A stretch of 64,000 nucleotides of DNA from Candidatus Moanibacter sp. GTDB taxonomy: Bacteria > Verrucomicrobiota > Verrucomicrobiia > Opitutales > UBA2987. Positions 8,479 through 18,158 of this stretch are shown here, in pieces. Below the pieces are notes generated by a model. The model ran no database searches. It was not told where the DNA came from and was given only the letters and a program-made list of their open reading frames with translations. Positions within the stretch are counted from its first letter, which is position 1, and every line of letters starts with the position of its first letter. The translations under genes were made by a program, and so were the position numbers. The stretch lies in NCBI GenBank assembly GCA_965226025.1, contig CBDDCD010000001.1:74104-138103 (forward strand). The letters are read 5' to 3'.

Positions 8479-11400
8479 TCCGCATTTGACGCCGTCCCGA
8501 TTGAGAATGAGGATCTGAGTATCGGGAAGCGGCCGGCCGATTGGTTGGACCGTAAAGATTGATCACTCGAGCGCATTCCGGGAAGGCTCGTCGCCACTGG
8601 TAGACGAGCGTGTCGGTGAGCGGTTCGCCCGCGAAGAAGACGGCGCGAAGAGACGAGGAAATTTCCTTTGGCGATGCATCGGCGAACCATGCTTGGGCCA
8701 GACTGGGTACGGAATGCAGAAGGGTAATGCGCTCGGATGCCAACCAGGAAAGGATGCTGCCCGAGGAGAGATCCTCGGCATCGCCCGGAATGCAAAGAGT
8801 TGCGCCGCTGGTCAGAGGAAGAAATATGTCTCGCAGAACAACGTCGAAAGAAAGCCCGGTCAGTTGCGCGATTCGATCACCCCCAACTGTCTGAATCTCT
8901 TCCCTCTGCCATTCAAGGAAATGTGCTAACCCTTTGTGAGTCCCAAGGATGGCTTTGGGCACACCGGTTGAACCGGAACTAAAGAACAGATAGGCCGGAT
9001 CGTCTCCAGAAAGAATCGCAAAGTCCTCTTGGCCGCTCGCGCCGTCAACTATCTGTCCCGAGTCGGCCTCGACCCGGCCGCGGAAAGATGCAGTCAGATC
9101 AAGGTCGTTTTCCGGCCAATCTTCTCTCGCGGCAACTGTGATCAACCCTTTCGCCTGAGAGATATCCAACATCTGCTTTCTCCGAGCCAAAGGAAGTCTG
9201 CGGTCCAGTGTGAGGAGGACTCCACCCGAGAGAAGAACGCCGACGATGGCACAGATCATACCGTAAGAGCGTCTCCCGGTAATGGCTACAAAATCGCCTC
9301 TGCCGACTCCCACTTTCCGGAGATGCGATGCGATCGCCGCTGCCTGGTTGAAGAGATCTGAGTAACTGTGGGTGCGATTCCCGTGCCTCACTGCGGGGTG
9401 CTCGGGATTCCTGGCGGTGCAAGATTCAATGCGGTTCAGGACGGTTTCCACCCTCCGTTCACGGATCGGTGAAGCGAGGTCAGGGAGGATCCGAAGGGCC
9501 ATCGGAGTGACCAACTGGAAACTTAACATCAATCCGTCCGGATTATCCACAACCTGACCCATGAGGCTGTCGAACTGACGGATAAAATCCTCCATTCGCG
9601 CGGCGGCAAAGAGATCGGCGTTGTAGACCAGATCGAAGACCAGCGATTCCCCCGACGCCTTGAAATAGAGAGTGAGATCGAACTTGGACTGAACCTGCGA
9701 AGCCGCCGATTTTTCGGTTTCGAGTCCTTCGAGAGCGAACGGCTCATCGTCGATTTCCGTCTGGTTTATGAGGATCTGAACGAGCGGGGTGTGGCTGAGG
9801 TCGCGTTCCGGCTGCAGCGCCTCGACCAGCTTTTCAAACGGCATATCTTCGTGAGCAAAGGCGTTTAGGACCGTTTCTTTGACATCACCCAGAAGGGTTC
9901 GAAAGGACTGATCCGAGGAGAGTCTGGTTCTCAAAACAAGCGTATTGATGAAGCAGCCGATAATCGATTCGGTTTCAATGTTCTGTCGACCGGACGTGGG
10001 CGTCCCGACAACGATATCGTCCATTCCCGTATGCCGCTGCAGGAGGATCTGAAATACGGCCAGCACTCCCATGAAAATCGAAGCTTCCTCTTTTCTGCAG
10101 AGCTCTCGAAAGCGCCGCGTGACGGCATCGGAGACCTTCAGAGATTCCCGATACCCGCGAAAGGTCTGAATGGCGGGACGCGGGTAATCGGTGGGAAGAT
10201 CCAGAAGCGGTGGAATGTCTTCAAGTTGGGCCTTCCAGTATCGGAGATTCCTTTCGAGGACTTCGTCGCGCATCCAGCTCTGCTGCCAGACGGCGTAATC
10301 TACATAGCGCCGCGCCGGACGGTTCACCACCCATTCTCCGCCGTTCAGATTGGCTCGGTAGCTCTCCTGCAGCTCATTGAGAAGGAGTGTCAACGACCAC
10401 CCGTCAGAGATGGTGTGGTGCATTTCAAGGAGAAGGAAGTAGGAGCGGGGTCCAACTTCCAGAAGCGTGGTTCGGAAGAGTGGTCCCTGATCCAGATCAA
10501 AGGGTGTCAGAGAAAGTCTCCCAAGGAGGCGGTTGGCTTCGGCCAATCGCGTCTCATGACTCGCACCTTGGACTTCAAGAACCCTCAGATCTGTCATCAG
10601 ATCCGGTTGTATTCTCTGATAGGGCTCACCTTCGACGAGCGTAAAGGTGGTGCGGAGGGATTCATGAGTGGCTGTAAGTTCGTTAATGCTTTTTCTCAGC
10701 GCGTCGATGTCGAGGCCGCCTCTTAGACGGAAAGTCTGGCGAATATTGTAAACTGAACTATTCGGTTCCATCCGGTGGAGAAACCAGAGTCTGCGCTGAC
10801 AGAAGGAGAGAGGGAAATGTGTTGAATCCGGTGTGCTTTCGATGGGGGGAAGACGGCGAGTACCGCCCGATCTTTGCTGTTCAACTATCTTTCGGCTCAG
10901 ATCTCGAATCGAGGGAGATTCGAATATGGCTCTGATCGATAGCTCCACATTGAATTCTTTCCGGATCCTGGATATGACGCGAATAGCGAGCAAGGAGTGA
11001 CCGCCAACTTCGAAGAAACTCTCATCAATACCGATACGCGATCGACCAAGCAGTTTCTCCCAGATCCCTGCAAGAGTGCTTTCCTCCCAGGTGCCCGGTT
11101 TGACGTAGACATTTCCTTCTTTCTCGCTCTCTTTTTCCGGGTCCGGAAGAGCCTTGCGATCGATCTTTCCATTCGGAGTGAGAGGGATTTCGTCAAGGAC
11201 GACAAAGATTGAGGGAACCATGTAGTCGGGAAGCTGGGCAGCGAGAAATTTGCGGAGATTCCCTCTTAACTGGGGTTGTCTGTTCGCGGGGTAGACATAG
11301 GCCACGATGCCTAATTCCAATACCGTCTCTGAAGAGGCACTTCCCTTAATCTCAAACGGAAGAACGGCGCATTGTTGAATGGAAGCATGACCGGAAAGCA

Positions 11401-14250
11401 GGGATTCGATCTCGTCGAGTTCCACGCGCATGCCTCGGACTTTTATCTGTCGATCGACCCGGCCGTATATGGCGATGGTTCCATCCAGATCGTATCGTCC
11501 ATAGTCTCCGGTATAGTAGATGAGGTCATCGATATCTTCTGATTCTGGATTGCGTCTGAACTTCTCTTGCGTCAACACGGGATCTCGGAGGTAACCCTGA
11601 GTTCGAAATGGGGTACGGATAGCGATTTGGCCCTTTTCGCCTAAGCCGCACCTGACGCCCTCCCAATTGAGAACGAGGATCTGAGTATCGGGAAGCGGCC
11701 GGCCGATTGGCTGGACTCCCGGCGGTGGCTTTTCCGGGACTTCGTAAAAGCACTTGGCAAGAGTAGTCTCGGTCGGACCGTAAAGATTGATCACTCGAGT
11801 GCATTCCGGGAAGGCTCGACGCCACTGGTAGACGAGCGTGTCGGTGAGCGGTTCGCCCGCGAAGAAGACGGCACGAAGAGAAGAGGAAGCTGTATCAGGC
11901 GAATGATCGGCGAGCCATGCCTGGGCGAGACTGGGAACGGAATGCAGAAGAGTGATCCGTTCCGATGCTAACCAGGAAAGGATGTTGCCTGAGGAAAGAT
12001 CCTCAGCATCGCCAGGAATGCAAAGAGTAGCGCCGCTGGTCAGGGGTAGAAATATGTCTCGCAGAACGACGTCAAAAGAAAGTCCCGTCAGTTGCGCGAT
12101 TCGATCGCCAGGAACTGCCTGGATTTCCTCCCTTTGCCAATCAAGGAAGTGGGCTAACCCTTTGTGAGTCCCAAGGACGGCTTTGGGCACACCGGTTGAA
12201 CCGGAACTAAAGAACAGATAGGCCGGATCGTCTCCAGAAAGAATCGCAAAGTCCTCTTGGCCGCTCGCGCCGTCAATTATATGTCCTGAGTCGGCCTCGA
12301 CCCGGGCACGGAAAGATGCAGTCAGATCAGAGTCGTTTCCCGGCGAATCTTCTCTGGCCGCAACCGTGATCTCCCCTTTCGCCTGAGAGATATCCAACAT
12401 CTGCTTTCTCCGAGCCAAAGGAAGTCTGCGGTCCAGTGTGAGCAGGATACCTCCCGAGAGAAGAACGCCGACTATAGCACAGATCATCCCGTAACAGCGT
12501 CTTCCGGTAACCGCTACGACATCGCCCCTGCCGACTCCCACTTTTCGGAGATTCGATGCGATCGCCGCCGCCTGGTTGAAGAGATCTGAGTAACTGTGGG
12601 TGCGATTCCCGTGCCTCACTGCGGGATGCTCGGGATTCCTGGCGGTGCAAGATTCAATGCGGTCCAGAACGGTCTCTACCTTCCGTTCACGGATAGGTGA
12701 AGCGGGGTCCGGCAGGATGCGAAGCGCCTCTGGAGTAACGAGCGAGAATTCTGAGGTGGATGCATCCGGATTCTTGACAACCTTCCCTATTAGGCTGTCA
12801 AACTGCTGGAGGAACTCTTCTATTCGCGAGGCGGCAAAGAGATCGGCGTTGTAGACCAGATCGAATACCAGCGATTCCCCCGACGCCTTGAAATAGAGAG
12901 TGAGATCGAACTTGGACTGTACCTGCAAAGCCGCCGATTTTTCGGTTTCGAGTCCTTCGAGAGCGAACGGCTCATCGTCGATTTCCGTCTGGTTTATGAG
13001 GATCTGAACGAGCGGGGTGTGGCTGAGGTCGCGTTCCGGCTGCAGCGCCTCGACCAGCTTTTCAAAGGGAAAATTTTCGTGAGCAAAGGCGTCGAGTACC
13101 GTTTCTCTGACATCGCGTATAAGAGTCCGAAAAGACCTATTTGGGGAGAGCCTGGTTCTCAGAACAAGCGTATTGATGAAGCAGCCGATAATCGATTCGG
13201 TTTCAATGTTCTGTCGACCGGACGTGGGCGTCCCGACAACGATATCGTCCATCCCCGTATGCCGTTGCAGAAGGACCTGAAATACGGCCAGCACTCCCAT
13301 GAAAATCGATGCTTCCTCTTTTCTGCAGAGCTCTCGAAAGCGCCGCGTGACGGCATCGGAGACCTTCAGAGATTCCCGATTCCCGCGAAAGGTCTGAATG
13401 GCGGGACGCGGGTAATCGGTGGGAAGATCCAGAAGCGGTGGAATGTCTTCAAGTTGGGCCTTCCAGTATCGGAGATTCCTTTCGAGGACTTCGTCGCGCA
13501 TCCAGCTCTGCTGCCAGACGGCGTAATCTACATAGCGGCGCGCCGGACGGTTCACCACCCGTTCTCCGCCGTTCAGATTGGCTCGGTAGCTCTCCTGCAG
13601 CTCATTGAGAAGGAGTGTCAACGACCACCCGTCAGAGATGGTGTGGTGCATTTCGAGGAGAAGGAAGTAGGAGCGGGGACCGATTTTCACAAGCGTGGTT
13701 CGGAAGAGTGGTCCCTGATCCAGATCAAAGGGTGTCAGAGAAAGTCTCTCCAGGAGGCGGTTGCCTTCGGCCAATCGTGCATCCCGGCTTGCACCTTCAA
13801 CCTCAACAATTTCCATCCCTATCTTCAGATCGGGTCTGATCCTCTGGTAGGGTTCGTCCTCGACGAGCGTGAAAGTGGTGCGCAGGGATTCATGAGTGGC
13901 CGTTAGCTGGTTGATGCTTTTTCTCAGCGCGTCGATGTCGAGAGCGCCATCTAGGCGTACAGTCTGGTGAATATTGTAAACCGAACTATCCGGTTCCATC
14001 CGATGGAGAAACCAGAGTCTGCGCTGACCGAAGGAGAGAGGGAAATGTGTGGTCTCCGAAGCGGTTTCGATGGGGGGGCGTCGTCGAGTGCCTCCTTCTG
14101 TTCTCTGCTCTGCGATCTGTTTGCTCAGATCTCGAATTGTCGGCGATTCAAATACGGACCTAACCGATAGCTCCACATACAGATTCTCCCGGATCCTGGA
14201 TAGGACCCGAGTGGCGAGAAGGGAGTGGCCGCCCAGATCGAAGAAACTGT
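7800..14250 (-). repeat. tandem direct duplication of a complete NRPS C-A-T module (period 3228 bp)
   Basis: Identical shadow-ORF strings lie at 9372/12600 and 10128/13356, an offset of 3228. Below the deletion the offset is 3166 (7831 vs 10997). Confidence 0.85.
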
Positions 14251-16501
14251 CTGTGACGCCGACCTCTTCCACTTCGAGTACAGATTCCCAGATCGCCGCG
14301 AGAGTGCTCTCGATCTGGTTCCGCGGTGGTTCCAGATGATCGGCCATTGCAGATCGCCGCCGGCTCCATTGTGGTTTCGGCAGGGCCTGTCGATCGATCT
14401 TGCCGCCGGGAGTGAGCGGGAGATCTTCCAGAGCGATGAATGCCGATGGTATCATGTAATCGGGTAAATAATCGGCCAGAAACTCTCGCATCTCTCTGCC
14501 GGTCGGCTCGGCCGATTGACCGGCAACCAAATAGGCAATCAGGTGGCGATGCCCTCCGGTATCATAGGTAGCGACCGCACTCTGGTTGATCTTCGAATGC
14601 CGATTGAGAGTGGCTTCGATTTCTCCCAGTTCGATACGAAAGCCCCGTACTTTCACCTGGGAATCTCTGCGCCCGAGGAATTCGATGTTTCCGTTCGTAC
14701 GATACCGCGCAATGTCGCCCGTGTTGTAGATTCTGCCCTCGTGAAACGGATTCTGGACAAAATGCTCCCGGTTGAGCTTGGGCCGATTGAGGTAGCCGCG
14801 GGCAAGGCCGTCGCCACCTATGTACAGATCTCCGGGCAGACCTATAGGGACCGGTTGCAGATTTGAATCCAGAATATAAACCGTCGTGTTGGCAATAGGT
14901 CGGCCGATCGATACCGTCCCGTTATCGGGAGTAACCTTCTCCACGGTCGACCAGATGGTCGTTTCGGTTGGACCATAGAGATTCCAGACCGTGCCACTCG
15001 AGGATAGCAGAGAGTCGGCCAGATCGCGCGGCAGCGTTTCGCCTCCGCATAAGACTCTTAATTTGGGTTTTCCATTCCAGCCTGAATCCAGCATCTTCCT
15101 CCAGGTCGCCGGAGTCGCCTGCATGGTCGTGACCCCATGTTCATCAAGGAGCGCTGAAAGGCGTTGTCCGTCGATCGCTTCTTCGCGGGTTGCTATGACG
15201 ATCTGCGCCTCGGAGACCAGCGGGAGGAAAAGCTCGAGCACGGAGATGTCAAATGAGATTGAGGTGACGGCCAAAAGGATGTCGTCCGCATTGAGTCCAG
15301 GCCGATCCCGCATCGACGTGAGAAAATTCATTACCGAACGATGCGAAATCTCGACACCTTTGGGAGTGCCGGTAGATCCGGATGTGTAAATTATGTAGGC
15401 AAGAGATTGTGAAGTCTGTTCATTCGTCCGAGGGGCCGATTTTGCCTTCTCGATCCCTTCCACGCAAATTGGATTCCAGGAACCCCTTGGTAATGCTTTC
15501 GCCAAACCCGCCTCCGTCACCACAGCGGCCGGCTGCGCGTCATTCAGTATTTGTTCGAGACGATACTGCGGAAATGCCGGGTCGAGGGGAACGTAACATC
15601 CTCCCGCCTTTAGGATACCTAGAGCAGCGACCAGCATATCATTCGACCGGTCGACAAAGAGACCCACCGGTCTATCGATCGTAATCCCTTCACTCTTCAA
15701 GCGCATGGCCACACCATTGGCTCTTTGCTCAAGCTCGATGCGGGTAATGGATTGGCCGCCACACCTCACTGCCGTGGCATCTGGTGCCCGTGATGCGTGT
15801 TCTTCGACGAGTTGATGCAAACAGGTCTCCCCCGGGTATTCCGAGGCCGTTGCATTCCAATCCACGACGAGCTTTCTGCGTTCATCCGCAGGGATTATTC
15901 TGAGATTCGAGACCGCACTATCCATCTGATCGAGGGCACTCTGGCCGATTGTTTCGAAGTGCTCGTAGAAATGTTCAATCGTATCTTCTTCGAATTGGTT
16001 CGCCACGTAGTCCAGCTGGGCCCAATACCCTTCCTCCTTCCTGGTGATCTTCAAATGCAGGTCGACCTCAGCTTGATCGCCGGCTGCAGCTGCCGATTTT
16101 GGAGGGCTTTCACTCGTTTCTGGAAGCGGGTGGTCCGTAAATGTGAAGCCAAGCGGTTGATGTTTTGCTTCCACTTTGCTTGGAAACTCGTTTCCCGAAG
16201 CGAAACTCTGTACTGCACCGTTGACCCGCTTGAGCAGCACCTCGAAAGGGGGATCATCCCCAAAATCGACGGAAAAAGGCTGAAGAGCGTACTTTTGCCC
16301 GGACCTCGATTCCCCTCCCTCGCTATCGCTCTCAATAAATCGTACTGAGAGAACAGTTCGGTTTTCTTGCCAATATCGATAGACCAGCGACTTGAAGATG
16401 GCCAGCAAAGTAACGCCGAACCGCACTCTGTATTTCCGAGAAACACTCTCAATTGCGGTACTGAGATTGTGGCAGAGTGGATATTCCTCTGCGGTCACCA
16501 A
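8462..16501 (-). CDS. non-ribosomal peptide synthetase (partial C)-A1-T1-C2-A2-T2-C3-A3', terminated early by a frameshift
   Basis: 'SGSTGxPKG' occurs three times, 'GGHSLLA' twice and 'HHTISDGWS' twice. The last A domain reads 'NLYGPT' and then out-of-frame residues up to the stop. Confidence 0.9.
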   Translation of the reverse strand: MVTAEEYPLCHNLSTAIESVSRKYRVRFGVTLLAIFKSLVYRYWQENRTVLSVRFIESDSEGGESRSGQKYALQPFSVDFGDDPPFEVLLKRVNGAVQSFASGNEFPSKVEAKHQPLGFTFTDHPLPETSESPPKSAAAAGDQAEVDLHLKITRKEEGYWAQLDYVANQFEEDTIEHFYEHFETIGQSALDQMDSAVSNLRIIPADERRKLVVDWNATASEYPGETCLHQLVEEHASRAPDATAVRCGGQSITRIELEQRANGVAMRLKSEGITIDRPVGLFVDRSNDMLVAALGILKAGGCYVPLDPAFPQYRLEQILNDAQPAAVVTEAGLAKALPRGSWNPICVEGIEKAKSAPRTNEQTSQSLAYIIYTSGSTGTPKGVEISHRSVMNFLTSMRDRPGLNADDILLAVTSISFDISVLELFLPLVSEAQIVIATREEAIDGQRLSALLDEHGVTTMQATPATWRKMLDSGWNGKPKLRVLCGGETLPRDLADSLLSSSGTVWNLYGPTETTIWSTVEKVTPDNGTVSIGRPIANTTVYILDSNLQPVPIGLPGDLYIGGDGLARGYLNRPKLNREHFVQNPFHEGRIYNTGDIARYRTNGNIEFLGRRDSQVKVRGFRIELGEIEATLNRHSKINQSAVATYDTGGHRHLIAYLVAGQSAEPTGREMREFLADYLPDYMIPSAFIALEDLPLTPGGKIDRQALPKPQWSRRRSAMADHLEPPRNQIESTLAAIWESVLEVEEVGVTDSFFDLGGHSLLATRVLSRIRENLYVELSVRSVFESPTIRDLSKQIAEQRTEGGTRRRPPIETASETTHFPLSFGQRRLWFLHRMEPDSSVYNIHQTVRLDGALDIDALRKSINQLTATHESLRTTFTLVEDEPYQRIRPDLKIGMEIVEVEGASRDARLAEGNRLLERLSLTPFDLDQGPLFRTTLVKIGPRSYFLLLEMHHTISDGWSLTLLLNELQESYRANLNGGERVVNRPARRYVDYAVWQQSWMRDEVLERNLRYWKAQLEDIPPLLDLPTDYPRPAIQTFRGNRESLKVSDAVTRRFRELCRKEEASIFMGVLAVFQVLLQRHTGMDDIVVGTPTSGRQNIETESIIGCFINTLVLRTRLSPNRSFRTLIRDVRETVLDAFAHENFPFEKLVEALQPERDLSHTPLVQILINQTEIDDEPFALEGLETEKSAALQVQSKFDLTLYFKASGESLVFDLVYNADLFAASRIEEFLQQFDSLIGKVVKNPDASTSEFSLVTPEALRILPDPASPIRERKVETVLDRIESCTARNPEHPAVRHGNRTHSYSDLFNQAAAIASNLRKVGVGRGDVVAVTGRRCYGMICAIVGVLLSGGILLTLDRRLPLARRKQMLDISQAKGEITVAAREDSPGNDSDLTASFRARVEADSGHIIDGASGQEDFAILSGDDPAYLFFSSGSTGVPKAVLGTHKGLAHFLDWQREEIQAVPGDRIAQLTGLSFDVVLRDIFLPLTSGATLCIPGDAEDLSSGNILSWLASERITLLHSVPSLAQAWLADHSPDTASSSLRAVFFAGEPLTDTLVYQWRRAFPECTRVINLYGPTETTLAKCFYEVPEKPPPGVQPIGRPLPDTQILVLNWEGVRCGLGEKGQIAIRTPFRTQGYLRDPVLTQEKFRRNPESEDIDDLIYYTGDYGRYDLDGTIAIYGRVDRQIKVRGMRVELDEIESLLSGHASIQQCAVLPFEIKGSASSETVLELGIVAYVYPANRQPQLRGNLRKFLAAQLPDYMVPSIFVVLDEIPLTPNGKIDRKALPDPEKESEKEGNVYVKPGTWEESTLAGIWEKLLGRSRIGIDESFFEVGGHSLLAIRVISRIRKEFNVELSIRAIFESPSIRDLSRKIVEQQRSGGTRRLPPIESTPDSTHFPLSFCQRRLWFLHRMEPNSSVYNIRQTFRLRGGLDIDALRKSINELTATHESLRTTFTLVEGEPYQRIQPDLMTDLRVLEVQGASHETRLAEANRLLGRLSLTPFDLDQGPLFRTTLLEVGPRSYFLLLEMHHTISDGWSLTLLLNELQESYRANLNGGEWVVNRPARRYVDYAVWQQSWMRDEVLERNLRYWKAQLEDIPPLLDLPTDYPRPAIQTFRGYRESLKVSDAVTRRFRELCRKEEASIFMGVLAVFQILLQRHTGMDDIVVGTPTSGRQNIETESIIGCFINTLVLRTRLSSDQSFRTLLGDVKETVLNAFAHEDMPFEKLVEALQPERDLSHTPLVQILINQTEIDDEPFALEGLETEKSAASQVQSKFDLTLYFKASGESLVFDLVYNADLFAAARMEDFIRQFDSLMGQVVDNPDGLMLSFQLVTPMALRILPDLASPIRERRVETVLNRIESCTARNPEHPAVRHGNRTHSYSDLFNQAAAIASHLRKVGVGRGDFVAITGRRSYGMICAIVGVLLSGGVLLTLDRRLPLARRKQMLDISQAKGLITVAAREDWPENDLDLTASFRGRVEADSGQIVDGASGQEDFAILSGDDPAYLFFSSGSTGVPKAILGTHKGLAHFLEWQREEIQTVGGDRIAQLTGLSFDVVLRDIFLPLTSGATLCIPGDAEDLSSGSILSWLASERITLLHSVPSLAQAWFADASPKEISSSLRAVFFAGEPLTDTLVYQWRRAFPECARVINLYGPTNRPAASRYSDPHSQSGRRQMRIGRKG

Positions 16502-17131
16502 CTTGAGGGACGGCGAAATACGCGGCCGGTCGGTGGGTAAGCTCGCTCGGGTAGATGCAACCGTACGTTGGGTTCGTGAGACCGAATCCTCCGCGGGATA
16601 AGATTCCCCCCCTGTCCTCGAGAAATTCTGCGTTTTTCATCTGGTCCCTAGAGAGACGATTGCAGTATGGATGTGCCCACGCGCAATCAGCAGGAGCAGA
16701 CGCCGGCGAATCGATATCGAGCTATATTCCTAGAGGATTAACCTTGATCTGTCGACTCGGGATTTTGCAGGAAATTCGGTTAGCTCAATCCCCGCGCGTC
16801 TGGCTACAGTGATCGACTCCGTGCAGCCCTACGCTTGAATGCAGAGCTTAGCGGAAGTTTGCGCTCCCATCCTGAGGATATTTTCGCCGGAAGAATCCCA
16901 GACATGGCGCAATGCGCGAGCACAAGTAGGATAGTAGTGTCCTTTAGTCCGACTGCCGCATCAGCTATTCCTCTCAGATTCCTCCCGAGTTTGCTGCAGG
17001 ACAATGCCCTTCGTTGCCTCTCCTTGCCACACCCCTAAAATCGATCAGACTCGTTTAAGGAGCTGATTTATAGATACTTGATTGAACAACAAAGACTTAC
17101 ATCAATAAACAGCCTAACGCAGGAGGGCGAT

Positions 17132-17154
17132 TTCGAATCCCGCCCTCTCCGCCA
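17132..17154 (+). other. tRNA-Ser-like 3' fragment (T-loop, acceptor and CCA), not a complete tRNA
   Basis: 'TTCGAATCCCGCCCTCTCCGCCA' is identical to the reverse complement of 27109-27131. No 5' acceptor 'GGAGAGG' lies upstream. Confidence 0.6.
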
Positions 17155-17881
17155 ATTCTCGCCGGAGGCGATAATTGAGCCCGCGCGAAGCGCGCGGAGA
17201 GGAAGGTATGAGCAATGTTTTCGAGTGCGCTGGCTTGACAGCGCTTTTCCCCAGCGAGGCTTGACTCGCCGATCTTGTCCACCCCTTTTCAATCCCAAGA
17301 ATCCAAACCTCATGCCGTCGAAAGGGCCGCGAACCTGGCTTCCTTTTGGTGGGTTCTTTCATGCAATAGAACGAGCGTACCGCAGCCGGAGCAATCAGAA
17401 GACGCGAAGCAACGATAATCAGCTGTTTAGCAAAATGCCTTTCTCGTCTGGCCTCCGCCAGTCTGTCCGCCCTCGTACTGGATGGGCCAGTACGAACCGA
17501 TTGCCGCAAGCGCAGCCGATTCAGGTAGCAATCGAAGCACCAAATTGAGAGGATGGTATGCCACTGACAAGACCCTACTTTTCGTTTCTACACTGTCAGA
17601 AACTCCACCTTCAAAAGACAGATCGCTAATCCGCAGCAACCACGCGAGGATGTTCAATTACCCCGAAGATGCCCCCTACTGCCATCTCCACTGGATCGCC
17701 GAAGCGGAAGGGAATCCTCTCCGGTCGCGTTGGGTCGAATGTTTGCGCGATCTCGAATGGATCAGGTAACGAGAGTTGCTCGAATTCCGAAGCGTGTGCG
17801 GTCACGGAAGGAGGTGGGAAAGAGGTCAGGCTTCCTATTTGGGGCTGGCCTGACGATGTTTATTTCCAAAGCCTGACCCGT

Positions 17882-18049
17882 TTACCCGCCTTTGCCTGAT
17901 TGGAGTCTATGAGTTAGGTGAAGTCCAATGTCCCTTGCCCCTCGATCATTCTCGTAATTTACGAATTCGCCAAATTGGCCCGCAAAGTGACGAAACTTCC
18001 CCATGTACTTCCTTTCAAAAGCATCGGTTTTGCCGACGATGATCATCAT
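17882..18049 (-). CDS. hypothetical 55-aa protein (weak call)
   Basis: An internal ATG of ORF 17882..18205 is preceded by 'GAGGAA'. It lies just downstream of the 374-aa cassette gene. No recognisable motif. Confidence 0.2.
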   Translation of the reverse strand: MMIIVGKTDAFERKYMGKFRHFAGQFGEFVNYENDRGARDIGLHLTHRLQSGKGG

Positions 18050-18158
18050 TGCTTCCTCGAGAGGTCCAACGTTGTAGGTGTGCGAGCGCGGAGTCAAACG
18101 CAGCAGAGCGAAGCGAACCAACGGCATTGCTCGCGCTTGGCACCACCGCCTTGTTGGC

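Noticed and set aside
7450-15684. Many 60-300 aa ORFs on the plus strand and in alternative minus frames within the NRPS region (for example 7450..8046, 10031..10726, 13019..13906, 14991..15389).
   Set aside because: They lie entirely inside a strongly supported NRPS reading frame, have no recognisable motifs, and repeat with the 3228-nt module period. They are shadow ORFs of a GC-rich gene.
16502-17881. About 1.3 kb with only short overlapping ORFs (16449..16640, 16804..17004, 17078..17548, 17114..17509 and others). I looked for a hidden gene, an integrase remnant or an ncRNA.
   Set aside because: No ORF has a recognisable motif or a convincing RBS, and the frames overlap each other. I could not fold or recognise any known RNA by eye, so the region is left unannotated.
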